Below, one piece after another: positions 12,001-24,562 of a stretch of 64,000 nt of DNA (the stretch's first letter is position 1; each line of letters opens with the position of its first letter). The stretch spans positions 16,494,001 to 16,558,000 of the forward strand of contig CM119372.1 of assembly GCA_051294905.1 (NCBI GenBank). Reading direction: 5' to 3'. The notes beneath the pieces were generated by a model. It did not search any database and was not told the DNA's origin. It worked only from the letters and a program-made list of their open reading frames with translations. Both the position numbers and the translations under genes were made by a program. Origin of the DNA: Botryllus schlosseri. Lineage: Eukaryota.

Positions 12001-15000
12001 TCTAATAGCATGCACTGACATCTGAGAGGACCGTACATAAATAGGCATGCAATAAGAGGGATTTCAAATGCTGAAGCTGAGAAAACCGATGCATAATCAG
12101 TGGACCCGAATAACCAAGAAGTAATTTGCACCGGTCCAGACAAGCAACTTTGCCAGAAACCCTACTTTGAATAGACACGCTTAAGCTATCGTATCCGGAC
12201 AAGTGTATTCCGGGTCACCAGCAGATCAAATTGCGCGAGTTGAAGATATCGCGCATTATCATATCAGATTATTAAGGCACAATGTAGACATGTTGGCCAT
12301 TTCTCCAGAAATATCACTTCTTTTCCAGTATAACGTGTTTTCTCCGTATGAGAGGCGTGGACTTGTAGATTTTATGCAGTATATATGCAACACCATAGTA
12401 ATGGTAGTTCAGTATAGTTGTAGCAAAACTCTTTTTCGAAATAAATTGGTAGGATTTGCCTAACAGCATTCTAGTGTCATTCGTTTCCAGCACTTCTGAG
12501 AACGGAGGTTAGAAAATCTTGTGAAATTTGATATCATTCGGAATCTAATCACAAAGACTTGAAGTCGGACAAAATCTGGAGCTCACAAACCGTAAACAAG
12601 ACAATGAAGTGCACTGTGCGCAAGCAAGGGTCATTGAGTGACATTTTCTAATATCAACAGCAGCCGAACCGCCTCTCGCAACGAAAAAAGCAGATGGTAC
12701 TCATTGATTCGACGATTCAAATCACCAAACATAGGCTCTACACTCAACTCATTTGCTGTTGAACACTCGTTCAAAATCATTGAAATTAAGATCGGTCATC
12801 ACGCGCAACTGTGGTGGGCCATGCAAGTAAAATCACATAATATTCTAACCGGTTTGCTGAGATGAAAGGGATGAGGACCGTATCAAAAGTGCGTGTGCTA
12901 CGGTCGCCAGTAACAAAGTACTTCTATTTCTCAAAGTACTTAAGTAGGTTATGTCTGCTTCCACTACTGACGCAAGTGGTCATGCTTTTAAACTTGGAAT
13001 TTTTCAAGAAGGAATTAGTTTTAGGATGTGTTTAATGTTTACGTCCTTTCAACACGGGAAAATGTCATAACAGCAACGTGAAATAGGCCCTGTATCACAG
13101 CAACTGAATATAATTTGTAGCATAATTAGCCATTTTGTGTTAGTAGTATCGGCGATGCATCTTTCAATATTGAAAATACCATACCTTCGATTACACACTT
13201 TTACCTCTACTTGAGTGCCAACTCTGACTACCATGACCCCCTCTGGGCACGTGAGGGAAATATAATGAAGCATAAATTTGACATAGCCGGTGATGCCCAG
13301 CATGGTTCAAATCGGTATTCAGCACATAACACTGAATACAAGAACCTTACACAATATTCCGACCACAGCGAGCTCTACGCTATACCTCTGAACCATTGTG
13401 ATAGAGGTTTAGTCTTGGGTATGAAGTCAATCCACGCCGTATGCACCAGAAGCGATTCTTTCCTGTTTTGTAATACAATGTTGAATGAGACAAGTTTGCA
13501 CGCAACCATTCAACAATGAACCATTCGCCATATGCACTACGCAGTGACAATAGAATGGTATTCCCGCTATTTTAAAATTGATACCAAGCGGACAGAACGA
13601 GCAAATAAAAATGTTACTTGCTAAAGGAAGACATATGTTTCATTGTAAACAGCCAATCAAATCACCTCCACATTCAAATGCACCGATATTCACGACTCCT
13701 TGCAGCTCGTTGGCTACCTCTCGCCACTTTTCATGCAAAAGAAAAAACCACATATTCAAAGTAACGGCGCCATGCAACTTGCTGAAATCAACTGAAATGA
13801 ACTTGCGAACGGAAGAGTTAGTTGTTAAATAGATTCTATATCGCAAAATATAAAAGATTTAGTTTCTTCTGCTCAAAAAATCGTGCAGTGGCGGTCGATG
13901 TACCTCAGAAGGAACATGCAGTATTAGTAAATCAGAGAAGGCTGCTGCATGCTCATCATGCGTCGGAGTCCCGTTGCGACTTACCCTTCGACCTGGCGTG
14001 AACAGCATGAGAGTTGGATAGCTGTGGACGCCATTGTCTTGGCAAGTCCATCTATTGTCGCGGCAATTCATTGCGCCGATGTTGATAATGCCTTCCATCT
14101 CTTGGGCGAATGCTCTCCACTACATTTTACAGAGTTTTAACAATGACAACTTCGGACGATACAAACACAGGGCCATAGATTGCCGACTCGAATAACCGAA
14201 CCCAGTCAGGTATTGGTTGGGACAAATATACATCGTATTCAAAATGCACGAAGCCTTACAGCACCGGAAGTAGCTCGCATGTAAGGAAATACATTTAATC
14301 AGTTAACTTATTGTTTAGAAGCAGCACGTATCACTGCGCATGAACAACATGACTTTGTGCGACACAATTTTGGTTGGTCTGGTATAAGAAGTTACAAGCT
14401 GGAACAATTCCGTGTCCTTTTACTACACACTACTATCACATTATATCCTTGTCTGTGACACTAGCACATGGTAGGCTACTCGACTAGGAATCAAATAATA
14501 TAATTCGACTAGACTTGTTTTGACTAAGTCCTATCACATCATATATACTTACAGTAGGTGCAAGTTCGTGACAATGTGAACAACGCGGAGAATAGAAATT
14601 AATGAACCATATCTCTCCAGACTTGACGGCGGAGTCTGTGGAAATAAGAGAAAGATTAGAGCGTGGTAACACAGAATTCTCTAATCTATAAAACACTGGC
14701 TTGTACACAAAGTAGAAAAACATGGGTAATATAGGTGGGTAGGTAGGAATTCTTACCAAACTCCGACTGGTCCAGCGTAGTGACTTCAGGATCATCATCG
14801 TAGATACCTGGAATTTTGGTGAGAATGTTATTAAAAATTCATAGGAGAGCGTAAGCTTTTGAATTTGCGGGTCGGTATAGGTTGATATCTTAGAAAGTCG
14901 TCAGCAAAGAGCATTCAGAGTCAGTGCGTAAGCCCTGATAAACTAAAAGTGCACGCATTGCTTACCCAACATGTAGGCAAATAAATGCATTGTCAAGATA

Positions 15001-17648
15001 AGTCAATGATCCCTTACACAGTTACACTTGATGATATCACCTCGTCGCCATGAGATATTTGCAATTCAAAATGACGTCACGTGTGGATGATTTTTGAAGT
15101 TATGAACAAAATCAAGAGGTCACAGGTCAACTACACAACCCCAGGGGTCAAGCAAAGGGTTAAAGTATCAAGTAGGATGTAAATGACCAAGTGCACCCTC
15201 AACAAATTTAATATGATCAAAATATGGCAAATATAAATTTCATGTATGGATTTTTGACATTTTATCCGCTTGAGTCATCACAAAAACAGCGATTTTTGAA
15301 TGGGCAAATCTTCAGTTCTAGTTGACAGGTTTTCATAAAAGTAGGTTTTCTGAAATCAGAAAATCAAGTTTTGTAAGCATATCAATTTTCAGTAAAATCT
15401 AAGACGTTGCATTACATTTTTTTCGTTTTCCTGGATCACTTGATATGGAATGACCCGCTTGCAATTAGAGCAGGCCAATTTGCCATGGTTATGAATTATG
15501 ATATGTAGCAATCACACTGCATAGACTATGGATCAAACAATCTGGAATATCTTTGCAAATTCTTCTATGTGCCAAAGCATTGTGCAAGTGAAAGGTGACT
15601 ACATCGTAGTTTGTAAATATCGTAATGAATGATACACTAAGGACGTCCGGCCGTTCGTTATGATTACCACTGGCCTTGGAATTTTCTAGGACCAACATCA
15701 TATGCACAGAAATTATTCAAGAGGCTTGTATAAGACTAATACTTGGCAGTCAGAATTTTGAACATCACCGAGTAGTATTTTTTATTCCAAATTTCAAATA
15801 ACAGAAGGTTGAGAAAAATAGATTGCAGGTTGCAGCCATGCATTGTACCAAATTCATCTTTGTAGAAGTTGTAGCTTTCGTATCTTCCTCCCTTGAAGTC
15901 TTCTTTCAAACCCTCTTCACCATAACGATCATATTTTTTTCGCAGTTCTTCGTCCTTGAGCACTTCATAAATATTTGTGATTTTCAAAAATTTTTCATGG
16001 GCTTCTGGATCATTCTGAAATAATGGTGGTGTGAAATTAGTATTCATAAAAGTATTCAGTTACATAATACAAATATGCATATTACAGATACATACCATCC
16101 AAGACAAATTATGGTAATAATAATTCTTTAAGGCAGTGTATGCCCGAGATTGGTAGCATCATAGGCCAGATTAAGAGAGGCTTTATCTCTGTAATTACCA
16201 TATATAATAGGCTACATAAAAATAAATACGAAATACAGGAAATCATTAAAACTACCATCACAGTTATCACAAACTTGACAAGAATTCAAGATAAGTACAA
16301 AATTTACAGCGATTTCGAGTTGAGCACACCAAAGAGAAATTTCAGTAAATGAGAAGAGACTAGTCTTTGCCTGATTTTCTCAAAAAACGCGTTGCATCGA
16401 GTACACAAAATACCTGTTGCTATTAAATTAATCAAATCACAGGAGATTGCGGCGCTTTCAAATGTGAATCATGGCTAATTATATCAAGTGCAAAATACTG
16501 ATGGCTGGTATGGTGCATTTTATTATCAGAATATTACAACGATGTTGAAAAGAACTGATTAAGAAGTTATGGTCTGTTGTAGACTTGTAGGTATGTGAAG
16601 ACAGTGTGATTGACACGACATACTTAGACAATAGTTATCCTATAATCTAGGGTTGTCAGACACGTTTGAAGGGAGTGGAGGGTGCTTCTACTCTAGAAAA
16701 ACACTGGACTTGGACGACTGGACGTCATAATGTGCATATTAGATTTGTGACATCACTTCTTACTACTTTATCTACATCCATGCTATATTATTTCTTGTGA
16801 GAACAACATACTTTTCAGCAATTCTATAATGGTTGCATGTTTGGTTGCTTGGTCTGCTTACAAAGAGGTGCGGACAAGTAAAAATGTTCTGCTATTTTAC
16901 AGTACCGTATTCCAGTTGAAAGCTCAACACTCATTCTGTTCAACTGAATTCCTGATGATTCATATAAATATAATGGAATAATTTTTCTTTTTTGTACCGT
17001 CTGTTTTACAAAGGCTCACTATCAGGCATTTGGTTTGTTACTATTATAATCATTTCAAAACACCAAAATATTGCAAAACCATCTAAAGCTGCATTTCGGT
17101 TCTATCATTCCATGCAATGCACCTCTATTCACACTGTCTTATGGGTCAGGCTGCAGGACTGTTAGCAGTTACAAACAAATTTCTTATTGCAGTGGTCATG
17201 GGAGAATCAATTGTTGATTAGATAACGCCCGTAAAGGCCAGACTGGAACACTGGTTGTTTTTGGAAATAAATTGCGAGTGAGTGGCGTGACAGATGGGTT
17301 TGTTGCATAGAATAATTAGGTAACCAAGCCACCAATTCCATTCCACTATGGGATAAGGGTAGTACCGTAATGTTAGCCTTGTATGAGGAATGACATTTGT
17401 TTGATGCTTTGCACGTGTGCACTGTGCAGAAGTTACTACACAGAGTTCACTACGGTACTTACAGTGTTTTTATCGGGGTGATGAATTAGCGCAAGCTTTT
17501 TAAAGGCTTTTCGTATTTCTTTGTTCGTTGCATCTTTAGAAATCCCCAACACTTCATAGTAATCTTCGGCATATACAGCGTGGATCCATACGAGCTCAAT
17601 AAGGGAGGCTAGCACGATAGCAGTCCGGAATGTTTTTGCCCCGTTCAT
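1..17648 (-). CDS. DNAJC10: DnaJ homolog subfamily C member 10 (ERdj5), ER disulfide reductase/co-chaperone; multi-exon, 3' end beyond the window
   Basis: Phase-consistent GT-AG exons: 17463-17648 (signal peptide, J domain with HPD), 15849-16014, 14757-14807 (GIYDDDPEV), 14553-14635 ([13 protein letters not shown]), 13985-14119, 11662-11901, 10803-11024 ([10 protein letters not shown]), 10630-10737, 8879-9005, 6645-6784 (PWFVDFFAP), 5755-5868 (WCPPC), 5586-5687, 3060-3215 (WCGPC), 1013-1212 (YPEIRLFPP), 1-70 (partial). Order and motifs are colinear with vertebrate ERdj5 as recalled. Confidence 0.96.
4799..5494. mobile_element. Non-autonomous DNA element, family N (GTGGTCAGTAACGAAGTACTT end; TTCTACTT-rich)
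   Basis: The same terminal motif recurs at about 6871, 12901 and 56396; body similar to 7100-7510. Confidence 0.6.
5903..6225. mobile_element. Degenerate hAT-like MITE
   Basis: CAGTGGTTGCTAA ... AAGGTTAAGAATCACGG ends resemble the CAGTGGTTCTCAA TIR family in this window; no clean TSD. Confidence 0.45.
6871..7510. mobile_element. Family N element carrying a nested Penelope-like fragment (about 6890-7093)
   Basis: Ends CGGAGGTAGTTA / TGACCACCTCTG; the insert matches 62208-62410 (reverse) and 50226-50390. Confidence 0.65.
7803..8710 (+). mobile_element. hAT-type MITE, family A, copy 1 (GACTT subterminal repeats)
   Basis: TIR CAGTGTTGGGAT; perfect 8-bp TSD CATCCTAC. Confidence 0.9.
13386..13462 (-). 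CDS. DNAJC10: Putative alternative exon 5b, part 2, of DNAJC10 ([26 protein letters not shown])
   Basis: Acceptor caaaacag, donor GAG|gtatag; 77 nt, phase 1 to 0; paralogous to the second half of exon 5 ([25 protein letters not shown]). Confidence 0.75.
13666..13726 (-). CDS. DNAJC10: Putative alternative exon 5b, part 1, of DNAJC10 ([20 protein letters not shown])
   Basis: Acceptor ttttcttttgcatgaaaag, donor GAG|gtgatt; 61 nt, phase 0 to 1; paralogous to the first half of exon 5 ([19 protein letters not shown]). Confidence 0.75.
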
Positions 17649-18921
17649 CCGATTCTTCGCCAGTCGAGAACTGTCACGAATCACCCAACGACGCGTCTAC
17701 GGACGAGACTTGCTGTTTTGGTTGGAACTAACACCAATGCAAATATCAGTTGCAACTTGCAATCACCCTTAGCTCAAAAGCCGGAACACACAAGCAACGC
17801 AATCGTCTCATTTCCTGGTTCAAAGGTTAGATGCTCAATGAATGCTTGATTAGTGTTGCATGTCACCAGCACAAACGTCACAAAAGTGAATTCGGCATTT
17901 GACGGCCCCTAGTCGTAATCCCAATGATGTATATGACTGACTGATACTAACCTGGCCTATCCAACCCCTAACCCTAACCTAGTCAGTAATTCCAACCCTT
18001 GCCCCCCTCTTTGATGGTGAACGTACTCGGTTTTATTCTCGGCAGTAGAACTTTCTGAACTGTCATAAGCCAATATCTGGGCTTACGGTGACAACGAACG
18101 CTAAAAAAATCTGATAAAGGACGCGCTCAAAAAGTAAACTAAAACACCAAGGAAAGGCGTCTAAGAGAAAAGATAGCCGAATAAAGATCAGGATGAGGCA
18201 CTGTAGCCGACAGAGGCTAGTGACAGATTAAGTAGGCTTACCATACGTCCTCTTGTAAGAGGATTAGTCCACCTTTTTGACTTTGTTGAAAGTGTCCTCG
18301 GACGCACTGGCGTAGCAGCATGTGCTGCCGCCCCTGGCTCTCTTGAAAATGCCGCCCCCCTCGGTAGACCGCATCAAATTTCGACATCGATTGATGTTCA
18401 AGTAATCTTGTCAATAGGAATAATTACAAATAATATGCCGCTTCTCAGCCTCACCGTCTCGACGTTAATGACGCCAAAAATATTAAAAACAAGAAATAGC
18501 GAACGAATGTATTGTACAAATAGAAAATCAATGGCCGCCTCAAAGCAAAAGCAGCGATAATATCCTCAAATTCAAGTTTTTGAACGCGTAGTCTCTTTCT
18601 ATAGACAGAATGGATGGAGCTGATAGCCGATCATTATTCATGATAGAACTAAATATATAAGACTTAATCAGTTTGAGCTTTGAGAAGCTCCTCACACAGC
18701 TCGCAGTTGAAACACCAATGTTCAGATAAAGTTTCAGACACGAGCATAAATACGGTGTCGAATCAAGTAGCTTTGCATTAAACAACCACTGTAAAACATC
18801 AAACGTTGTTGCACTACGATCAAACGTGGTTTCACTGCTCCGCACCAGCCTCTTAACCCTGTTAAAATCTCAAGTTGAACAACTTCAAATGATTATAACT
18901 TAATTTGTGTTCGTCCTAGAG

Positions 18922-19241
18922 CAGTGGTTCGCAACTTTTTTTTAGACACGCCCCCCTTTAGGATAGTGAAAAATTCCGCGCCCTCGTATCGTCATATTAC
19001 AAGATCCAACCGGGATGCTAGCAACCCTAACAGATTGTTTGATGGCATGGAAGGTTATGACTGTTGATGAGAGAATTCAAAAATAAGAAACTGGGTCTAT
19101 ATATAGAGAAACACGCGTGAATTGCAGGTAAATCGCGCATAGCGCGAAAAAAGTCATTTGACCGATTCTTCGCGCCCCCTTAAGATGCTTTCACGCCCCC
19201 CCCCCCCAACGGGGGCGCGCCCCCCAGGTTGAGAACCCCTG
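18922..19241 (+). mobile_element. hAT-type MITE, family C, copy 1
   Basis: TIR CAGTGGTTCGCAAC / GTTGAGAACCCCTG; perfect TSD TCCTAGAG. Confidence 0.9.
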
Positions 19242-19782
19242 TCCTAGAGGCCTCATATTGGTTTGTACGAAAAGCTAGCAATCTTCTGCTTTATATGATC
19301 CCTAATTCGACGTATAAGGCATGACAATTTTCGCAGCTAACTCCAAAAAGTCCACCTCGTCGTCATAAGTGCTTCTAAAAGCGCTGGTGAATAAATTGTG
19401 ACTTTCGCTTTGCAGCAGCGCGTGGGAATTAAAAAATTCAAATATATCATTTAAGTGGTGAATGCCGGTAAACCTAGTTTCAGCTACAAGTTTAAATCTG
19501 TCCTATGCTTGAAACATGCATCGTCTAAATTCTTCAACAACACTGAGGCCAGTATCTTCTGTTTGTTCGCCAGACATTCTCCTTTTTCTGCGAACTCTCC
19601 GAACAATCGGCCGTGACGGCTATTTCGGAGTGATTCCATCGCCATGTTAACATATTAATTCGTGTTTTCGGAATCAGCGCGACACTAGCTTTCGATTGAG
19701 ACCGGTTTGATTAAATTTTAGCTGACGGGACGCCAGCTATAGGACTACCAAGCACCCTTCTTTTAGCCGGCTGTCTACACGA

Positions 19783-19920
19783 CGCGCGAGATAGTGTAAT
19801 GGTGATGCGTCCGGCTTCTTGATCGGTAGGTTGTGGGCCCGATCCCCGGCCGGGTCAGACCGAAGACTCGAAAACTGGTATCCGTGGTTATCCCGCTAGA
19901 CGCTCAGCAATCACGGAGGA
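19783..19920 (+). mobile_element. tRNA-derived SINE fragment
   Basis: A box TAGTGTAATGG (19792-19802) and degenerate B box GGGCCCGATCCC (19835-19846), followed by a non-tRNA body. Confidence 0.6.
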
Positions 19921-21631
19921 GAAAAAAAACGGGGTGCAAAAAAATGGGGTGCAGACTAGATGACCTTACTATAAAGTCCTTATCGCATCTCCGTCTTCAA
20001 ACCATCACGATGATGCAGGCATCTCTCTCACCGTGCAGCCTCATTTTGCCGCCCCCTTGGAGCCTGCCGCCACTGCCTCGGAGGATACCCTTTTGTCCTC
20101 ATTTTTGAGAATTTTGGTCATATTTATAGCGAAATTCGACTGAGATGCCGTAAATCAGCACCGAAGGGACGCTCCGGAGGGTGCTTCGGGAGCTGAATGG
20201 AAAGTTGACCTATTTTTTTTCAATCAACCGACCACAAACTGGTAAAAATTTACCATTTTTTTGAGAATTCTCCTCCGGTTTTGCAAGTCTAAAAATTCTG
20301 AAAAAGTGTCCTCTTTTCAGACTTCCAAAATATGGTAATATGGTAATATGGTTAACCCTAACACAGGCTAACAGTTACAATACAATTTTACACCGCTACA
20401 ATCACTCGGGGTTCTGCGACAGCGGATCAAATGTCCGATACCTCCGCCAATGTGTGGATCATACTTATTATAACTTCATTAACCAACATCAGGGTGTCCA
20501 CTGTCCATGTCCACTGTGCATTCTTTTTATTAGAGATAATCAACAGATTTAATGGAGTTACAATTGGTGTTGGAGGCCGGCATAGCGTGACGTCGCTGCG
20601 AGACAAGTTACATATTTTGAAGTACAATGATGCTTATGTCAAATAGATGTTGCGTGATGATCATCCGAGCAAAGTGCAGGAAATAACTTCCAAGTTCAAC
20701 AAATTGATAATATTGCTACATTCACAGACTCTACGATTTTAAAACGACTCTTGGTAGTTTACGGAGTGGAAGTCACTATAAGCGAAATGTAAGCTGTAAC
20801 GCAACAGCGAACAGCGGTCGAATATCACTCGTTTTTATTATATTCAGATTGGAATAATTGTCATTAATAATATTTACTTTCATATGCGAGTTGCTTAACT
20901 TTTTTGCCTTCACATAGGTGCCGACCAGGGTGGATGAGTCAGTGTCGCACTTAGAGATGTGAACATTATATAGGCCTACCTGTCAGTGATCGATTTCCTG
21001 ATATGTGCAATAGATTTGACAAATCAAAAGTTGCACCATTGTCATGGTTATGGCGAAATTGTAAAAGTATGAAATCTATGAAAAACAATTCCATACCTTA
21101 CTTGGAAATTTCCATTCCATACCATACCATAGTTGCACATTTTCATATTCTATATCGAAATTTCGTCCCATACCACTACACCAGGGGTCGGCAACCTTTT
21201 GCTAGTCACGGGCCAAATTCCGAGTGCACAACTTTTAGGCGGGCCGGAATTTTTCTATACTATGTTTAACGCTAACGTCGGTATAGTACCCTACATTGAT
21301 GCAATCTCCACAGGGATATCTAGAACTAGTTCTAGATATCCCTGAATCTCCATCATACAAATCACAAAAAGGGCAAAACACATGTATTTACACTTCAACA
21401 ACGCATGATAAATGTGACACATGGCTCAGCTCGCTTTGTGATAGGTTTTCAACTTCTGATAACAAGTCAGATGAAGCAAGAATCAGACGATATTCTAAAT
21501 GGGCGTTGGAATACGTGATCTTAGCTTGCTCTTCGTGAATTTCATTGTTGAAAACTATTGTTCACATGCGTACGCGCTACCAAAAGTCGATGCCATTTCT
21601 TTTGCATTGTTGGTCAAGCTGGGATAAAGAC

Positions 21632-22148
21632 TAGGGCTGGGCACAATGATTCGAGTACTCGAATCTGAATCGAGTATTAATTTCAATGATTCGAGTCGAG
21701 TAGCAAAATATGAAATTTTCGAGTACTGAAATTATACGCTTCTCACCACTGAAAGTTAATTATTCAACGAGAATTATAGTTTCGATACTAATTTTCACTG
21801 TTGAAGCCTTGAAACCTTGATTGGCGGTATCATAGCATACGAAATCTGTGGTACAAAGCTACGAAGGTTACTGGACGTAGCACATTTCCGAAGTAATGAT
21901 TATCCCACAACATTGTAACCAAGTGGAATGAAGTCGGTATGGTCGAAAAAATACGAAAGTATCTTTTATGAGATGGATAACAGGCATTATATTCTTTGTG
22001 GTGGCATAAATGGTACATATTTGAACTTTGACGTAATGCATTTTGGTATGACGTCATAATGAGTGATACTTGATTACTCGACTCGACTCGAAGCATATTA
22101 CGTGATTCAGAATCGATTCACTCAGGTACTCGATTTTGCCCAGCCCTA
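21632..22148. mobile_element. MITE, family J
   Basis: TIR TAGGGCTGGGCA; perfect TSD ATAAAGAC; relatives at 35154-35264 and about 49487-50611. Confidence 0.88.
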
Positions 22149-22490
22149 ATAAAGACCCATTTCAATATTGAACTCTTTGTCAAAGTCGTGCAGCGATATG
22201 CTCTTTGTATGAAATTTGTCATTCAATTCAACTGCATCGCATTTCAAAAGGGCCCATTTGAAGTTTTCAGGCAATGCTATTGGCGTTCGCATTAAACGGA
22301 GTGCTGGTACTAGGTTTAGGCTACTCTCCTCCAGTATAGGAAAGTGAGCATAATTTTCTTTTTACTGTTGTAATTCCCAGAGTCGCAGTTTTGTTTCGAA
22401 TGCGCCTCAACATCTCATGTATTCAGTTATTTCCCAAATTCAATTTGTTTAGATGTGACGTTTAATGTACTACGAAAGCAAGATTAGATC

Positions 22491-24562
22491 TAGGGATGGT
22501 GTGAACCTCTGAAAGGTTCAGGTTCGTGTGAACGTGAACCTTTTTGAAAGGTTCTGTGTGAACACGAACGTGAACCTTATGACGTCACGTGACGTCATAT
22601 TGCTAATTTAAACCCCATATTTCACTTAAGTGATTGCCTATATTAATCTACTGTACACGATACCGAGCGACGACTCGGGGCCACATAATAGCTCAGTACT
22701 TAAGTATACATATTGACGTTTTAAACGTCGCCAAATGTATCAACTGAGGCAATCAAATGATATATTAATCCCATAAAATCAGAATCTTGCGTCGCTTTGC
22801 CATAAATTTCGACCTGATCGTACAATGTATTCGGCGTCTGAGTATTGCCACATGTATATTACGCAGAGTGTAAAATAGGTTTCTATACTTGCTACCGATA
22901 TTACATCATTAACAAGTTATACAGCAGTATAGCCAACATCCCAGTCCCACGGATTTGGTTTTTATGATAGAGTATACATATGTAGTCAAGATTGACCCCG
23001 TACGCCTGCTAGATTTTTACATCAGAAGACGATATCAATCTCATTGATTGGACGGGTTGGATTATCCGGATAACGGTTAACCGGTTAACCGCAGGTATTT
23101 TCACTATCTGATATCCGGATATTTTTCTGCCGGTTAACCGGATAAAAAAGAATCGTTGCTAATGCATTTTATACGTTTTAGTAAGCTTCAATAAGTCGTA
23201 TTCAGTGTTGGCGCGGCCGATTAACGAGAAGCGTGTTGCCAATTAGCGAGATGCGTCTGTACACATTGCACAGAGTAATGTGACGCGATCTCCTGCTGAG
23301 AAGATCGTTAAATTAGGTCGTTGTACTGTACACACTATTCCATCGCTGGCCTGCACAATCGCATCTTCATTGGCTTGGTGCTCACGATATTATCGTTGAC
23401 CTACACAATCGCATCTGCAATAGGCCTACGAACGATATAATCGCTGGCCTAACCATCTCGGACCCAGCATGCATTGGCTCCTATCTCTCCATGGCTTGTT
23501 GACGATATGCCGTTAAGTTTATTCTAATTAGTGATTCTGAGAGTGACACCGCGAAACTGAATGACATCGAATGTTCGCAAAAATGTGCGTGCGTGCAAGC
23601 GTAATTGATTACCGCTGATGATTAATTCGAAAAAAAAGATCGAAACCCCCTGATTTTATTTCAATCCCCCTACATTTTCGGCTGGCTGCGTGTGGGATCA
23701 CGTGAATTAGAGCGAGGTATCATGTCGGCATCAATTCCAGTATCAGCTAGTCGTCCTTCTAGTACTCCAAACCTAAACATAAGGATGGTCAAAAAGATGT
23801 AAAGCCGTTGAAGTTTCCGGCGTACGACCTGCCAACCTTTTGACCCTCTATGAAGCGCTGCTTTCTATTCAGCCCACTTCTGTGGAAGCTGAAAAAGCAT
23901 TCAATGAACGTGGACTCTTTGTTACAAAATGCCGGTCCCGGCTACAGGATCCCACAATTGATGCATCTGTGCTTTATAAAGAGGGCATTGCAGAAGCAGT
24001 GAACATTAAATTTGCGTGGTTTTTCTCGTATTCGCTCATACTGCGCGCGTAGGTAGGTACTCTACAATAACACTGTGTAATGATTTTGCGATCCGTTTTA
24101 CATGCAGCCCTAATGAAATCGATTATCTCACTTAGCAGTTATTATCCGGTTAACCGGTTAGAGAAATTCCAAAATATCCGGATATATCCGTTATCCGGAT
24201 AGTGAAAATTATTGATATCCGAACTAACCCTATGATTGGTTGAATTAGGATCATTCGCTGACAAAATTTATGTACAAACGGAAAGCTGGATATTTCGAGC
24301 AAACTTTTGTAACAATATTTTTTGAGATTGTCAAGGGCATTTTCGTTTAGTGTTGAATGTTTATACTGTCAGCTCCATGCATAGAGTGGCCCGCAGTTGA
24401 AAGTCAATAAATTTGAACCAAAGATATGAAGTGAAAATTGCAATATATGAAAAAGGTTCACAGTGCAGAACCTACCAAGGTTCTGTTGTGAACGCGATCC
24501 TCAAATTTTCCGAGGTTCACACACAGAACGCGAACGTGAACCTCACGTTCACACCATCCCTA
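22491..24562. mobile_element. Non-autonomous element, family K (GTGAAC subterminal repeats)
   Basis: TIR TAGGGATGGTGTGAAC; near-TSD TTAGAT(A)C. Confidence 0.8.
23053..24232 (+). mobile_element. Deleted hAT element nested in family K
   Basis: ATCCGGAT/GGTTAACC subterminal repeats at both ends; TSD TGATTGGA/TGATTGGT; hAT C-terminal remnant LLSIQPTSVEAEKAF..GLFVTKCRSRL (23840-24052). Confidence 0.75.

Larger units (their letters stand above)
18305..20075 (-). mobile_element. Decayed hAT transposon with transposase remnants
   Basis: Ends CACTGGCGTAGCAG / CTGCCGCCACTG; hAT dimerization-domain remnant VSTASCVRSFSKLKLIKSY..NDRLS..ILSIE (18540-18845) and RRVRRKRRMSGE remnant near 19500-19620. Confidence 0.8.
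18233..20360. mobile_element. Family E MITE (TAGGGTTACCATACGTCC ends) interrupted by a hAT element
   Basis: The two halves match the intact copies at 39222-39549 and about 29650-29857. Confidence 0.7.

Noticed and set aside
12203..12463. Plus-strand ORF and other short ORFs in the track
   Set aside because: No recognisable domain or consistent splice structure; expected by chance in introns and repeats.
13205..13242. Small AG/GT-bounded segment after exon 5b
   Set aside because: Stop in the required phase with the better acceptor; no ERdj5 homology.
17945..17985. Interstitial telomere (CCCTAA-like)
   Set aside because: Only a couple of imperfect units; similar tracts near 2395, 9480 and 37580 look like parts of dispersed repeats.
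17650..18230. ERSE/UPRE elements in the DNAJC10 promoter
   Set aside because: No exact CCAAT-N9-CCACG or TGACGTGG match seen.
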